Source: Candidatus Eiseniibacteriota bacterium
GTDB lineage: Bacteria; Eisenbacteria; RBG-16-71-46; CAZAMP01
Direction: 5' to 3'
Length of the DNA: 64,000 nucleotides
NCBI GenBank assembly: GCA_965224245.1
Contig: OZ245046.1
Span: forward strand, 160,001 to 224,000
Shown: piece after piece, positions 19,770 through 29,749 of the stretch
How positions within the stretch are numbered: the stretch's first letter is position 1
Layout: each line of letters begins with the position of its first letter
The notes under the pieces: generated by a model
Databases searched by the model: none
Seen by the model: only the letters and a program-made list of their open reading frames with translations
What the model was told of the DNA's origin: nothing
Program-made: the position numbers and the translations under genes

Positions 19770-22670
19770 CTAGGAGCCGGCCCGGAGCTTCTCGAGACGT
19801 CGCTTCGCGCCCTCGACGATGGGAATGCCGGGGTCCGCACTCTCCCAGATGCTCAGGAACTCGTCGTATCGCTCGATCGCCTTGTCGTTCCAGCCCGACT
19901 CCTCATATGCCAGGCCGGCGTAGTAGTGCACGATGACGGCGCTCGTGGGGTCTTCTCCCCAGGACTCGTCGTAACGGTGCAGCGCGGCCTCGTACTCCCG
20001 CACCGCCTCCGACAGCCGGTGCGCGTGCTGATACGCACGTCCGAGATCGACGCGTTGCCAGATGGGTGTGTCGTAGGGGTCTTCCCGAACGATCCACTCG
20101 AAGTGCTCCACGGACTCCTCGAGCTGTCCGCGCGCGCGGGCGAGATGGCCGAGGCAGTAGCGGTACCCTCGTTCGGCGCCCTCGACACCCTCCTCGACGA
20201 GCTGGGCACGGCGCCTCGCAATGATCTCTGCTCGTTCGAGATCGCCGGCGAGCACGTACCAGCGACAGAGCTCCGAGTGAATCGCCGCTCCCGGATCGTC
20301 CGGATCACGGCTGGGCAGATGCTGCCCGTCCGCGATCGCCTCGTCGTACTCCCCGAGGATCTCGTGGATCTGGCCCTTCAGCAGGTGCTTGTCGTAGTGG
20401 TACCAGTCGTCCGTCGTGTTCTCCAGCCGGTCGGCGGCGATGCCCTGGTCGTACTGCTCCAGCGCCGCGGCGAACTTGCCCTGGTACGCCAGGATGTGGG
20501 CCAGATAGCAGCGAGCGTAGCTTCGCGTTCTCGGGCTCTCCGAGCTCAGCAGCCGCCGGTAGGTCGAAGCCGCCGCCGCGTAGTCGCGTTTCGCTCGGTA
20601 CTGGTGGCCCAGCTTCCAGATCGTGAACTCGGAATCGGGATTGATCTCCAGCGCCTTCCGATAGGAGGCGATCGCCTCATCGACCTTTCCTGCCCAGGCG
20701 TACAGGTCTCCGCGCGTGTCATACGGGTTGTACTCGTCGGGGGCCACCTCGATGTACTTGTTGATCGCCCAGATCGATTGCCCGAAGTCGCCGATGGCCT
20801 CGTAGATGTAGGCGAGCGTGTTGTACGGAAGCTTGAAGAGGGGATCGATCTCGATCGCGGCGTGGAGGTGGCGGATCGCTCCCTGTGGGTCGCCGCTGCT
20901 GAGCAGCGTTCCGAGCTGCAGATGGGCTTCCTTGTCGTCGGGATCGAGCGCGATGATCTTCTCGATGGTCTCGACCGAACCGGACACATCATCGTGGAGC
21001 TGCTTGTACTTCGCATCGATCCACAGCCGTTCCTTCCGGGTGACGTTCCGGGCGTGAGCCCACGCCTTCTCGACGAACACCCTTCCCGTTTCCCCAGGCG
21101 CGCTTCGAGCGAGCTGGAAGTAAGCCATGGCGAAGGTGGAGTCGATCTCGACCGCCCGCTGGAAACTCTGCCTCGCTCTCGATCGTTCGAAACGGTTGTA
21201 CAGGTCCAGACCTTCGAGGTAGTAGCGGTAGGCCTCGACGGACTGCGTGGACACCTTGACGTCGGCGGGAGTGGTGGACGTGACCGAGAGGTCCATGTCA
21301 CGCCTGATCTCGTCGGCCAGCCGGTCCGCGATCACGAAGATGTCTTCTTCCTCCGCTCCGCCCACGCGCTGGGATGACGCGACCTGGCCCGTCGCGATGT
21401 CGACGATCTGGGAGGTGGCCACGATCTCGGGCTGGGTCCGGAGCAGGCTCCCCAGCAACATCCACCTGGCGCCGGCCCTTCTCGCGACGTCCGTGGAGGT
21501 GCCGGAATCCAGCTTCTTGAGCCCTTCCTTCCCCTCGAGCTTGAGCAGGTCGTAGAGGCGCTGGCTGGAGATGACCGTCATCGACGACGACTCCGAGAGA
21601 TGGGTGATGAGCAGGTCCGTGATGATCTCGCCCAGCCTCTGCTCGTCCTCGCGGTCGGCCTTGTTGTCGAAGTACATGATCGCCAGCGTGTTCTCGTCGG
21701 TGGTGGGGGCGTTCGTTCGCCCGGCCAGCGGAAGCCGCCTGGCCACGAACAGGAGCGAGACGATGGCCAGCACGGCGACCGGTACGATCCATCGCCGTTG
21801 CCGTCGCACGTGTGACGCTTCGACCGACGGCATCACGACGGTGGCGGCGCCTTCCACGGTCAGTCGACTCTCGCGACGCAGATCGGCCGCGAGGTCGGTG
21901 GCCGACTGGTAGCGCTCGTCAGGATCCTTGGCGAGTGCTTTCCGGACGATCCGTTGCAGCTCGGGGGAGGCGGAGCTGCTGAACCGCGCCAGCGGCTGGG
22001 GCTCCTCGGTGGTGATGGAATGTGCGACCGCCGCGGCGTTCTCGCCACGGAAGGGAAGCCTCCCGGTGACCATCTCGTAGAGGATCGTGCCCAGCGAGAA
22101 GAGATCGGAGCGGTGATCGACGTCGGAGGAGCGCACCTGCTCGGGCGACATGTAGAAGGCGGTACCCAGCGTGACCGAGTCGTCTGTGAGCTTCGTCGCG
22201 CCGGTGACCTTCGCCAGGCCGAAGTCCAGAATCCGGACGTTGTCCGCGGTGTCGATGATGACGTTTGCCGGCTTCACGTCTCGATGCACGATGCCGGCGT
22301 CGTGCGCCCTGGCCAGCCCCTCCGCGATCTGAAGCGCGTACTTGAGCACCTTGTCGATGCGGAGACTCTCGTCGCCAATCGACGCGGAGAGCGGTGCACC
22401 CTCGACGTATGCCATCACGATGAACGGACGTCCCTCGTGCAGTGATACTTCGTGAATCGTGATGACGTTCGGATGATCGAGCGAGGCCGCGGCCTGGGCC
22501 TCGCGCCTGAAGCGGGTGAGTGCATCGGGGTCGGTGGCATCGACGTCGACGAGGAACTTGACGGCAACGCGACGACCGAGCTCGGTGTCCTCCGCCAGGT
22601 AGACTTCGCCCATACCGCCCTGGCCGAGCTTCTCGAGGATCCGGTAGTGGGAGATCGTTCGACCGAGCAT
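19770..22670 (-). CDS. Ser/Thr kinase with TM helix, TolB-N-like domain and TPRs
   Basis: MLGRTISHYRILEKLGQGGMGEV, HRDVKPAN, DFG; TM WIVPVAVLAIVSLLFV; LAIMYFDN; T.SVEAYRYYLEG followed by TPRs. Confidence 0.92.
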   Translation of the reverse strand: MLGRTISHYRILEKLGQGGMGEVYLAEDTELGRRVAVKFLVDVDATDPDALTRFRREAQAAASLDHPNVITIHEVSLHEGRPFIVMAYVEGAPLSASIGDESLRIDKVLKYALQIAEGLARAHDAGIVHRDVKPANVIIDTADNVRILDFGLAKVTGATKLTDDSVTLGTAFYMSPEQVRSSDVDHRSDLFSLGTILYEMVTGRLPFRGENAAAVAHSITTEEPQPLARFSSSASPELQRIVRKALAKDPDERYQSATDLAADLRRESRLTVEGAATVVMPSVEASHVRRQRRWIVPVAVLAIVSLLFVARRLPLAGRTNAPTTDENTLAIMYFDNKADREDEQRLGEIITDLLITHLSESSSMTVISSQRLYDLLKLEGKEGLKKLDSGTSTDVARRAGARWMLLGSLLRTQPEIVATSQIVDIATGQVASSQRVGGAEEEDIFVIADRLADEIRRDMDLSVTSTTPADVKVSTQSVEAYRYYLEGLDLYNRFERSRARQSFQRAVEIDSTFAMAYFQLARSAPGETGRVFVEKAWAHARNVTRKERLWIDAKYKQLHDDVSGSVETIEKIIALDPDDKEAHLQLGTLLSSGDPQGAIRHLHAAIEIDPLFKLPYNTLAYIYEAIGDFGQSIWAINKYIEVAPDEYNPYDTRGDLYAWAGKVDEAIASYRKALEINPDSEFTIWKLGHQYRAKRDYAAAASTYRRLLSSESPRTRSYARCYLAHILAYQGKFAAALEQYDQGIAADRLENTTDDWYHYDKHLLKGQIHEILGEYDEAIADGQHLPSRDPDDPGAAIHSELCRWYVLAGDLERAEIIARRRAQLVEEGVEGAERGYRYCLGHLARARGQLEESVEHFEWIVREDPYDTPIWQRVDLGRAYQHAHRLSEAVREYEAALHRYDESWGEDPTSAVIVHYYAGLAYEESGWNDKAIERYDEFLSIWESADPGIPIVEGAKRRLEKLRAGS

Positions 22671-22837
22671 GGACACTTCCATCTCGCTTGATCGACGGAG
22701 GTTAGGAGATAGTCGGTCAGCGGGTCAACGATGGTGCCGAGGATCGGGAGGCAATCCCGCGATGGAAGGAGGATCCGATCGATCTCGGACACGACGCTGG
22801 TCGCTCCCGGACAGCGCACCTCTTCGCAAGAAGGGGA

Positions 22838-22863
22838 GAGCCGCCTCGCGACCGAGGCGGCTC
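22838..22863 (-). terminator. Intrinsic terminator-like hairpin
   Basis: GAGCCGCCTCG-4nt-CGAGGCGGCTC, perfect 11-bp stem, followed on the minus strand by pyrimidine-rich TCCCCTTCTT, just downstream of the small gene. Confidence 0.55.
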
Positions 22864-22910
22864 GATGCCTTTCTCGTACGCGGGGTGAGGATCAGGGACG
22901 GTGGCGCAGG

Positions 22911-23228
22911 CTAGCTACATGCGTCGATCGAGTATCCCCACGCGGTTGCCACGAACGCGCCGAGCGCCTGCATCGTCGGCTCGGGGATCGCGCCCATCTG
23001 ATACAAGTAGTCGGCCAGATTGGCGAGGCCGGATCGGGGTTCCTCCTGGTCGCTGGCGTGGAATCCCATCTCACCGGCCCGGGCGAAGACGGCGCTGACC
23101 TGTCCCCAGCACGCCGATCCCTGATCGGTGCTCCCGGTGTCATCGGGATCCGCAGAAGCTCCGGTGAACGCCGCCAGCATCATGATCGTTACCAGTCCCG
23201 CAAAGCCGAACATGCAGATGCGCCTCAT
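22911..23228 (-). CDS. Small secreted hypothetical protein (105 aa)
   Basis: GAGGT RBS; signal peptide MRRICMFGFAGLVTIMMLAAFTGASA; two mature-region Cys (ACWGQ, IDACS). Confidence 0.7.
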   Translation of the reverse strand: MRRICMFGFAGLVTIMMLAAFTGASADPDDTGSTDQGSACWGQVSAVFARAGEMGFHASDQEEPRSGLANLADYLYQMGAIPEPTMQALGAFVATAWGYSIDACS

Positions 23229-23600
23229 CAGGTACCTCGATTGTTGGTAGATGCGAACTCGTCGCCACTCGTCGGCTGGCTCCACCGACACGTTCCCGAT
23301 CGCCTCACCCTGGAGAAGTGTAGCAGGCGATTCAGCGTGCGTCGGAGGCGAAGACACCGACGCACGCTCACACGCGGCCTCGCTCCCGCGAAGTCAGTTC
23401 TCGGTGGCGCCGATCTCGTCGCGCCGGGTCCGGTTTCAGCCGGGACAGCTATATAGCGCGATGGGGATCTTCGGCCGTGGTCGCATCGAGTCGGCCCCGT
23501 TCATTGCCTTGTTGCAGCCTTTGAACACGTTGCCCGGATCCCTCTGACGGCAGCGTGCGAGCCAACCCCGCGTCCGCGCCACCCGCGAGAAAGGTCTCGA

Positions 23601-26540
23601 TCACTCTCCAGTCGGAGATGCGCCGGAGATCCGCGTCAGTCTTGCAGCCGCGTCGACCGCCTCGGGCAGCGGTACGTCCGGATCGCCCCAGCGCGCGAGG
23701 AACTGGCGATAGTGTGCCTCGGCCATCACGATCTCACCGCGACTCTCCTCGAGGCGTGCCAGCGGATGGAGCACGGCCGTGTCGATGATGCGCCACTCGC
23801 CGTGCTCGAACTCCCGACCGAGCCGCGGATAGGGCGGCTCGATCACGCGGCGGTAGGCCTCGATGGCGGCGGTGGTGTCTCCGAGCGCGAGCGACAGTCG
23901 CGCATTCAGCTCTTCCTCCCTCTGCCGGTCCCGGTAGGCCGGCGAGAACCGGGACGCCGCGACCAGCGCCTCCTGTGCCGACGCGGTCAGATCCCGGTCG
24001 AGCGCGATCTCCGCGGACAGGAAGAGGTGCCAGACCTCGGCCTCCGGGCTGCGTGTCGTCGGAAGTGCGGTGCGAGATTCCTCGGCCACCGCGTCGGCAC
24101 CCGGACGGTCGCCGGAGGCGAGCAGGGCGCGAACCAGCCAGTACCGGGCTCGCCAGTAGTACTCGTTCGAGGCGATGGCCTCGCGAGCGGCGTCTCCGGA
24201 CTCCTCCGGCCGGCCGATCAAGAGAAAGACCTCGGCCCGTATCGAATGAAACATGGCCGGGTCCCAGGTCGGCATCGGGTTCAGCCAGATGACCCTCTCC
24301 TCTCGCGACAGCCCATCGAGGAAGCGTCCCTGGCACAGTGCCGCCAGTCCGGCGATGTGTTCGCTGTATGCCCGTTGATAGCCTTCCAGACGCTCGTTCC
24401 CGGCTCGCGCCACCCTCTCGGCCTCGGCGCCGTCGCCGACCTGCATGAGTGCGACGGCGTATCGGTACCATCCACCCCACTGCCCGGCCCTCATTCTCTC
24501 CGATGCGCGCTGCTCGAGCTCCGTCCAATCGCGTCGCGCGGTCAGGAGCGCCATCTCGAGATCCGTCACGACGGGGGTGGTCGCCCCGTCGGCACGTATC
24601 GACCGGATCATGGCTGTGACCTCGGCGGCGTCGCCCCTGAACAGCGAGTGCTCCGCCCAGTGATGGAGCACGACCTGGTAGCTCGGGTCGATCGAGAGCG
24701 CGCGCTCGAATGCGGCCTGTGCCCGGACGGGATCCCAGTGGCGAGCCGAGTGGGTCAGAACCTCACCGAATGCGTCGTGCGCGGCCGCGATCTGGACCTC
24801 GGCCACGATCAGCGGCTCGAGCAGATCGAAGGCCGAGTCGAACTCGGCATCGTTCCAGTCGACCGTCGCCTGGTAGATCGTGCGCCACTGCTCCGAGAGC
24901 CGATCCGTGTACGGGAGTCCCTGCCGCAGCGCCACGTGGGATCCGGCCTGGTCACCCTGCCAGTTCAGAGCCTGAGCCATCTGGAAGTACGCCATGGCGA
25001 AGCTCTCGTCACGGCGGATGGCGGCGGCGAAGTGCTCCGCGGCTTCCTCGAACTCCTGATGATGCAGCGCGAGCTCTCCGGCCGCGTAGTCACGGTATGC
25101 GTCCGGCGACGCGGTCAAGGTACGGGCGAGATCGAACCCGTCGGCCGCGCCGCCGCCGGTGGTCACCCCGAGCTCCCGGCGCACCTCGTTCGCTACGTCG
25201 CCGGCCAGTGCAAAGAGCTCATCCTCGTTCGCGGCATCGTGCCGGCGTGACCCGATGGTGTTCCCGGTGTGCACGTCGACCAGCTCGGCCGTGAGCACGA
25301 TCCGGGAGTTCACGTCCATCACCTGCCCGACCACCATGACGTCGAGCTGTGCGATGCGGGCCGCCTCCCGCGCCAGCGCCATCTCGAGGCCCGGGGTCCG
25401 CGCGCCCGCCCGCTCGAGAGATGCGGTGATCTTCGCCGTCGACGCGATGTCGAGGCCTCCCGACTCCACCAGGGCCGTCGTCACGAGCGCCATGAGCATG
25501 CGGCCGATGTGACCGGAGTCCTCGGGATCGGCGAGGTTCTCGAACCCGACGACGCCCACCGTGGAGCCCGATCCGAGGACGACGTCGGCGGTGGGGCGTA
25601 GCAGGAACCACAGCGTGGCGGTCACGGCAATGACGACGACGGATGCGATCACGGCGGTCACCGGGATCGGCCGGGGACGCCCGGGAAGGGAGCGACCGGG
25701 CGGGTTCGCCGCGAGGTCGACGAGGGCATCGAGCACCTCGGCGCCGCTCTGATACCGCGTGGCGGGGTCCTTCTGGAGACAGCGGTCCACGATCGCATCG
25801 AACCGCGCGGGCAGCGACGGCACGAACTCGCTCGGTGACGTGGGGGCGTCCCGCAGGATCGCGGACGTGAGATCGGAGGGCGTGGCTCCCTGAAACGGCC
25901 GTCGCCCGGTTGCCAGCTCGTGCAGGAGAATGCCCAGCGAGAACACGTCCGTCCGAAGATCGACCTCCAGGCCTCGGACCTGCTCCGGCGACATGTAGGG
26001 AAGCGTGCCGACGACCGAGCCCACCTCCGTCACCGCCGGCGTCGTGGTTTCCGATCCGATCGCGGGGGGAGCGACCAGCTTGGCGAGCCCGAAGTCGAGC
26101 ACCTTGATCGCGCCGTCGTCGGTTGTCATGACGTTCGCGGGCTTCAGATCCCGGTGCACGATCCCTTTCGCATGCGCCGCGGCGAGGGCACGCGCGATCG
26201 CGGTGCCCGTCTCGAGCAGTCGCGCGAACGGCATCCCGCCGGGAGGGATCGTGCGATCCAGGCTCGTGCCATCCACCAGCTCCATGGTCAGGAAGTGGAC
26301 GGCGCCCGCCTGCTCGACCGAGTGGATCGTCACGATGTGGGGATCGTTCAGCGCGGCGATCGTCTTGGCCTCGCGCTCGAAGCGAGCCAGGCCGGCGGGA
26401 TCGGACGCCAGCGAGGCGGGGAGGACCTTGAGCGCGACCCGCCGCTCGAGCGTCAGGTCGTCGGCGACGTAGACCTCTCCCATCCCGCCGGCCCCGATCC
26501 GGTCGAGGATCCGGTAGTGGCCCAGAGTTTCGCCGATCAA
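23601..26540 (-). CDS. Ser/Thr kinase with TM helix, TolB-N-like domain and TPRs
   Basis: GGAGGG RBS then TTG; LIGETLGHYRILDRIGAGGMGEV, HRDLKPAN, DFG, SPEQ; TM; VVGFENL; T.SPDAY; TPRs; paralog of the 19770 gene. Confidence 0.9.
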   Translation of the reverse strand: MIGETLGHYRILDRIGAGGMGEVYVADDLTLERRVALKVLPASLASDPAGLARFEREAKTIAALNDPHIVTIHSVEQAGAVHFLTMELVDGTSLDRTIPPGGMPFARLLETGTAIARALAAAHAKGIVHRDLKPANVMTTDDGAIKVLDFGLAKLVAPPAIGSETTTPAVTEVGSVVGTLPYMSPEQVRGLEVDLRTDVFSLGILLHELATGRRPFQGATPSDLTSAILRDAPTSPSEFVPSLPARFDAIVDRCLQKDPATRYQSGAEVLDALVDLAANPPGRSLPGRPRPIPVTAVIASVVVIAVTATLWFLLRPTADVVLGSGSTVGVVGFENLADPEDSGHIGRMLMALVTTALVESGGLDIASTAKITASLERAGARTPGLEMALAREAARIAQLDVMVVGQVMDVNSRIVLTAELVDVHTGNTIGSRRHDAANEDELFALAGDVANEVRRELGVTTGGGAADGFDLARTLTASPDAYRDYAAGELALHHQEFEEAAEHFAAAIRRDESFAMAYFQMAQALNWQGDQAGSHVALRQGLPYTDRLSEQWRTIYQATVDWNDAEFDSAFDLLEPLIVAEVQIAAAHDAFGEVLTHSARHWDPVRAQAAFERALSIDPSYQVVLHHWAEHSLFRGDAAEVTAMIRSIRADGATTPVVTDLEMALLTARRDWTELEQRASERMRAGQWGGWYRYAVALMQVGDGAEAERVARAGNERLEGYQRAYSEHIAGLAALCQGRFLDGLSREERVIWLNPMPTWDPAMFHSIRAEVFLLIGRPEESGDAAREAIASNEYYWRARYWLVRALLASGDRPGADAVAEESRTALPTTRSPEAEVWHLFLSAEIALDRDLTASAQEALVAASRFSPAYRDRQREEELNARLSLALGDTTAAIEAYRRVIEPPYPRLGREFEHGEWRIIDTAVLHPLARLEESRGEIVMAEAHYRQFLARWGDPDVPLPEAVDAAARLTRISGASPTGE

Positions 26541-26604
26541 GATCCCTCCATCGGACGGGCTGGCCGAGCGGGAACGCCGGAGCCACGAGGAGTAGTATCC
26601 GAGA

Positions 26605-27021
26605 GTGCGAACGTGTTGCCAACCGGTTGTTTGCGGCAACGCGAGGCGTGTCGCACCCCGCAGGTCGTCGTCCCGCGGTGACCCACGCCGAGGTTTCCGT
26701 TTCCGATGCTCGGCGGCAGCCTGCCCAACGCCCGCGCCGCCGGCGGCTACGCGCTTCGAGCGGATCGTGCCGACCCCTTCCCGGCTGCGCACGCGCATGT
26801 CGTTCTCGGTCGCGAAGGCCGGGCATGTCACGCTGAGCATCTACGATGCACGCGGTCGTCTCGTGCGCGTTCTCGCGGACGCCTCGATGACGGAGGGGAT
26901 GCACCGGCTCGACTGGGACGGCACGAGCACGCACGGCGAGACGATGCCGAACGGGACCTACTGGATCCGATTGCGGACGCTGGACGCGACGGTCAGTCGG
27001 CGCATCTCGATGGTTTGCTGA
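26605..27021 (+). CDS. Stand-alone or truncated FlgD-Ig/T9SS-like domain
   Basis: LSIYDARGRLVRVL..HRLDWDGTSTHGETMPNGTYWIRL; N-terminus not signal-like, start unclear; may be a gene relic. Confidence 0.55.
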   Translation: MRTCCQPVVCGNARRVAPRRSSSRGDPRRGFRFRCSAAACPTPAPPAATRFERIVPTPSRLRTRMSFSVAKAGHVTLSIYDARGRLVRVLADASMTEGMHRLDWDGTSTHGETMPNGTYWIRLRTLDATVSRRISMVC

Positions 27022-27479
27022 GAGAGCGCGTGTGCTCGAGTGAGGGGCGGTAGCGCTCGAAACAGCCACCGAGTCCCGAGACGTCGCGGGACCCGGGGTG
27101 GATCCGGGTCGATATGGCGAATCGCGTGGCCTCGACTGACACGCAACATCGTCACTCTGTCCGGTGGCCTTGACGATCCGACGGGCCGCATGGATCGAGT
27201 CTGCACGAACGACCGCGATCAGCTGCGATGAGGACGCCTCCCGGACCCGTCTCCTGATCAGATGGAAATGCCTATGTGGCCGCGATATCATGAATTCGAG
27301 CCCGAACCCTGTCGTACACACCAGACCATTGGCGCTAGACTGAACATCCAGTAATCGGGGCTGGATCGGGTCATCGTCGGCGTGCGTCTGTTCGAACGGC
27401 GTGCAGGCGCACACGTCCTCACACTGGATTCCGGCCTCTCTACGGCACTCGAGTCCGAGTCGGGGGGCATCGAGCCGAC

Positions 27480-28061
27480 ATGGAATCCACGGCCACGCTT
27501 CTCTCCCTCGTTCGCGAGGGCGACGAGAAGGCCAAGAGCCGCCTCTTCGAGCGGTACCTTCCACTTCTCGTTCGATGGGCGTCGGGCCGGCTGCCGCCGG
27601 CGACCCGATCGCTGGCCGATACGAATGACCTCGTTCAGGTCACCCTCCTGAAAGCGTTGAACAAGGTAGACGGGTTCCAGCCCCGACACGAGGGGGCGTT
27701 TCTGTACTACCTGCGCCGAGCCCTCGTGAACCAGATCCGCGATCTGATCCGGCATGCGAAGCGGCAGCCCGAGATGCGGTCGCTCTCGGAGGACATTCCC
27801 GACCAGGGTGCAACACCGCACGGGGACGCGCTGAGGGGTGAGATCATGGATCGATACGACGCCGCTCTGGAGACGCTCACGCCGGCTCAGCGCGAGGCCG
27901 TCGTGTTGCGCCTGGAGCTGGGGCTCACGCACGTGCAGGTGGCCGAGGCGCTCGAGGACTGCCCGTCCGCGGACGCGGCGCGCATGCTGGTCACGCGCGG
28001 CATTCTCCGCCTGGCCAAGGAGATGGGACCCGACCTGAACCCCGATGGGAGCACCCGTTGA
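27480..28061 (+). CDS. ECF-family RNA polymerase sigma factor
   Basis: Region 2 DTNDLVQ..F..YL..N.IRD..R; region 4 LETLTPAQREAVVLR.ELGLT..QVAE.L. Confidence 0.9.
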   Translation: MESTATLLSLVREGDEKAKSRLFERYLPLLVRWASGRLPPATRSLADTNDLVQVTLLKALNKVDGFQPRHEGAFLYYLRRALVNQIRDLIRHAKRQPEMRSLSEDIPDQGATPHGDALRGEIMDRYDAALETLTPAQREAVVLRLELGLTHVQVAEALEDCPSADAARMLVTRGILRLAKEMGPDLNPDGSTR

Positions 28062-29749
28062 CGCCCGACGACGAGGTTCTTCGCAGGATAGCCGAGGAGA
28101 TCGCGGACCTCCGCTCCATCGACTGGGAGCAGGAGAGCGTCGTGGACGGCCCGCTGGCGGTGAGGCTAGGGAACCTGCGTCTTCTGGACGCGATCCGGTC
28201 TCTCCACCAGGACAGCGCGGACCCCGACGGTGCGACCACGACCGAGGATGCGAAGCCCGGTCCGTCGGCCGAACCGGAGATCGGCTCGTACTGGGGTCCG
28301 CTGCGTATCGTCGAGCGTGTCGGCCACGGATCCTTCGGCGACGTCTTCCGGGCGTGGGACCCGACGCTGCAGACACACGTGGCGCTCAAGCTGCTCCACC
28401 GGCGGCGAGGGAAACCGGGGCGGTTGCTCCGAGAAGCACGCCAGATGGCGAAGGTGCGTCACGAGAACGTCGTCACGGTGCACGGCGCCGCGGAGCACGA
28501 CGGGCGGATCGGGATCTGGACCGAGTTCATCGAGGGGAAGACGCTCGAGCAGGAGCTCTCCGAGCGCGGCGCCTACGGAGCCGACGAGGCGGCGCTGGTG
28601 GGCCGGGATCTCGTCCGCGCCATCGCCGCCGTCCACGCGGCCGGGCTCGTGCACCGCGACATCAAGACGACGAACATCATGCGCGCGGTGGGGGGGCGGC
28701 TGGTGCTCATGGACTTCGGCACCGTGATCGATCGGGAGCAGCTCGAGTCGCTCGGACCCTCCGACGCGTTCGTGGGAACGGCGCTCTACATGGCGCCCGA
28801 GCTCTTCCTGGAAGGACACGGCGGCAAGGCGGCCGACGTGTACTCGCTGGGTGTGGTTCTCTATCGCCTCGTGACCGGGACCTTCCCGGTCGACGCGAAG
28901 AACCCGATCGAGCTCGGGGCCAAGCATCGCCGAGGTGAGCGTGTCCCGCTGCGCGATGCCCGACCGGACCTGCCGGCCGCCTTCGTGAGCATCGTGGATC
29001 GCGCTCTCGCGACGACGCCCGAGGACCGGCCCGGAAGCATGGGCGAGATGGAACGCGAGCTGGTCTCGTTCCTGAGCGCGCTCCCCGGGGATCCCCGGTC
29101 CGTCCGACGGAGCCTCCCGCGCTGGATCCTCCCGTTGGCGGCGACCGCGCTCGTGGTGGTCGCGATCCTACTCTGGTCGCTCGTGTCCGGTGGTGCAGGG
29201 GAGCTCCGTGTCGATGCGGAGCTCTTCCGGGATCGGGTGGGGGTCGAGGAGCGGCTGCGAGCGGGCGGTCGCGTGCAGCCCGGAGACCACCTCTTCCTGG
29301 AGCTGCTCGCGTCGACCGACTTCCACGCCTACGTGTTCAACGAAGACGAGCAGGGAAACACGCATCTCCTGTTCCCGCTCACCGGGCTCGAGCCCTCCAA
29401 CCCGCTCGAGGGTGGACGCACCCACCGGCTACCCGGATCGCGCGACGGTGTTCCGTTGACCTGGGACGTCGACGCCTACGGCGGGCGCGAGACCCTGTAC
29501 ATCGTGGCGTCACGGGCTCCCCTCGAGGATCTCGAGGCAGAGATGCGACGCTTTCCCGAGGCGGGATCCTCGCCGGGGATCCCGATCGGGTCCGGTTTCC
29601 TGCGACGCAGCATCGGAGGGCTCGGGTCGGCCGCGGCCGAGCGGGCGGCGGATGAGCCGACGCTCGGAGACTTCATCGGCCGGCTATCGACCGAGCGAAC
29701 CAGTGAGCTCTGGACGTGGTCGATCCAGCTGGAGAATCAGCCACCATGA
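28058..29749 (+). CDS. Membrane Ser/Thr kinase with extracytoplasmic DUF4384-like domain
   Basis: VGHGSFGDV, VALK, HRDIKTTN, DFG, APE; TM WILPLAATALVVVAILLW; PGDHLFLE..YVFNEDEQG..LLFP..LP..GRET.YIVASR.PL; overlaps the sigma stop codon. Confidence 0.88.
   Translation: MTPDDEVLRRIAEEIADLRSIDWEQESVVDGPLAVRLGNLRLLDAIRSLHQDSADPDGATTTEDAKPGPSAEPEIGSYWGPLRIVERVGHGSFGDVFRAWDPTLQTHVALKLLHRRRGKPGRLLREARQMAKVRHENVVTVHGAAEHDGRIGIWTEFIEGKTLEQELSERGAYGADEAALVGRDLVRAIAAVHAAGLVHRDIKTTNIMRAVGGRLVLMDFGTVIDREQLESLGPSDAFVGTALYMAPELFLEGHGGKAADVYSLGVVLYRLVTGTFPVDAKNPIELGAKHRRGERVPLRDARPDLPAAFVSIVDRALATTPEDRPGSMGEMERELVSFLSALPGDPRSVRRSLPRWILPLAATALVVVAILLWSLVSGGAGELRVDAELFRDRVGVEERLRAGGRVQPGDHLFLELLASTDFHAYVFNEDEQGNTHLLFPLTGLEPSNPLEGGRTHRLPGSRDGVPLTWDVDAYGGRETLYIVASRAPLEDLEAEMRRFPEAGSSPGIPIGSGFLRRSIGGLGSAAAERAADEPTLGDFIGRLSTERTSELWTWSIQLENQPP

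Noticed and set aside
15071-19840. 1589-aa ORF suggesting a giant kinase overlapping the methyltransferase
   Set aside because: The first ~380 codons are Arg/Pro/Gly-rich off-frame read-through of the methyltransferase gene; recognisable protein begins only near 18660.
23601-26840. Extended N-terminus of the kinase overlapping the + strand FlgD-like ORF
   Set aside because: A good RBS plus TTG at 26540 matches the paralog start (LIGETLGHY vs MLGRTISHY); the extension is unstructured.
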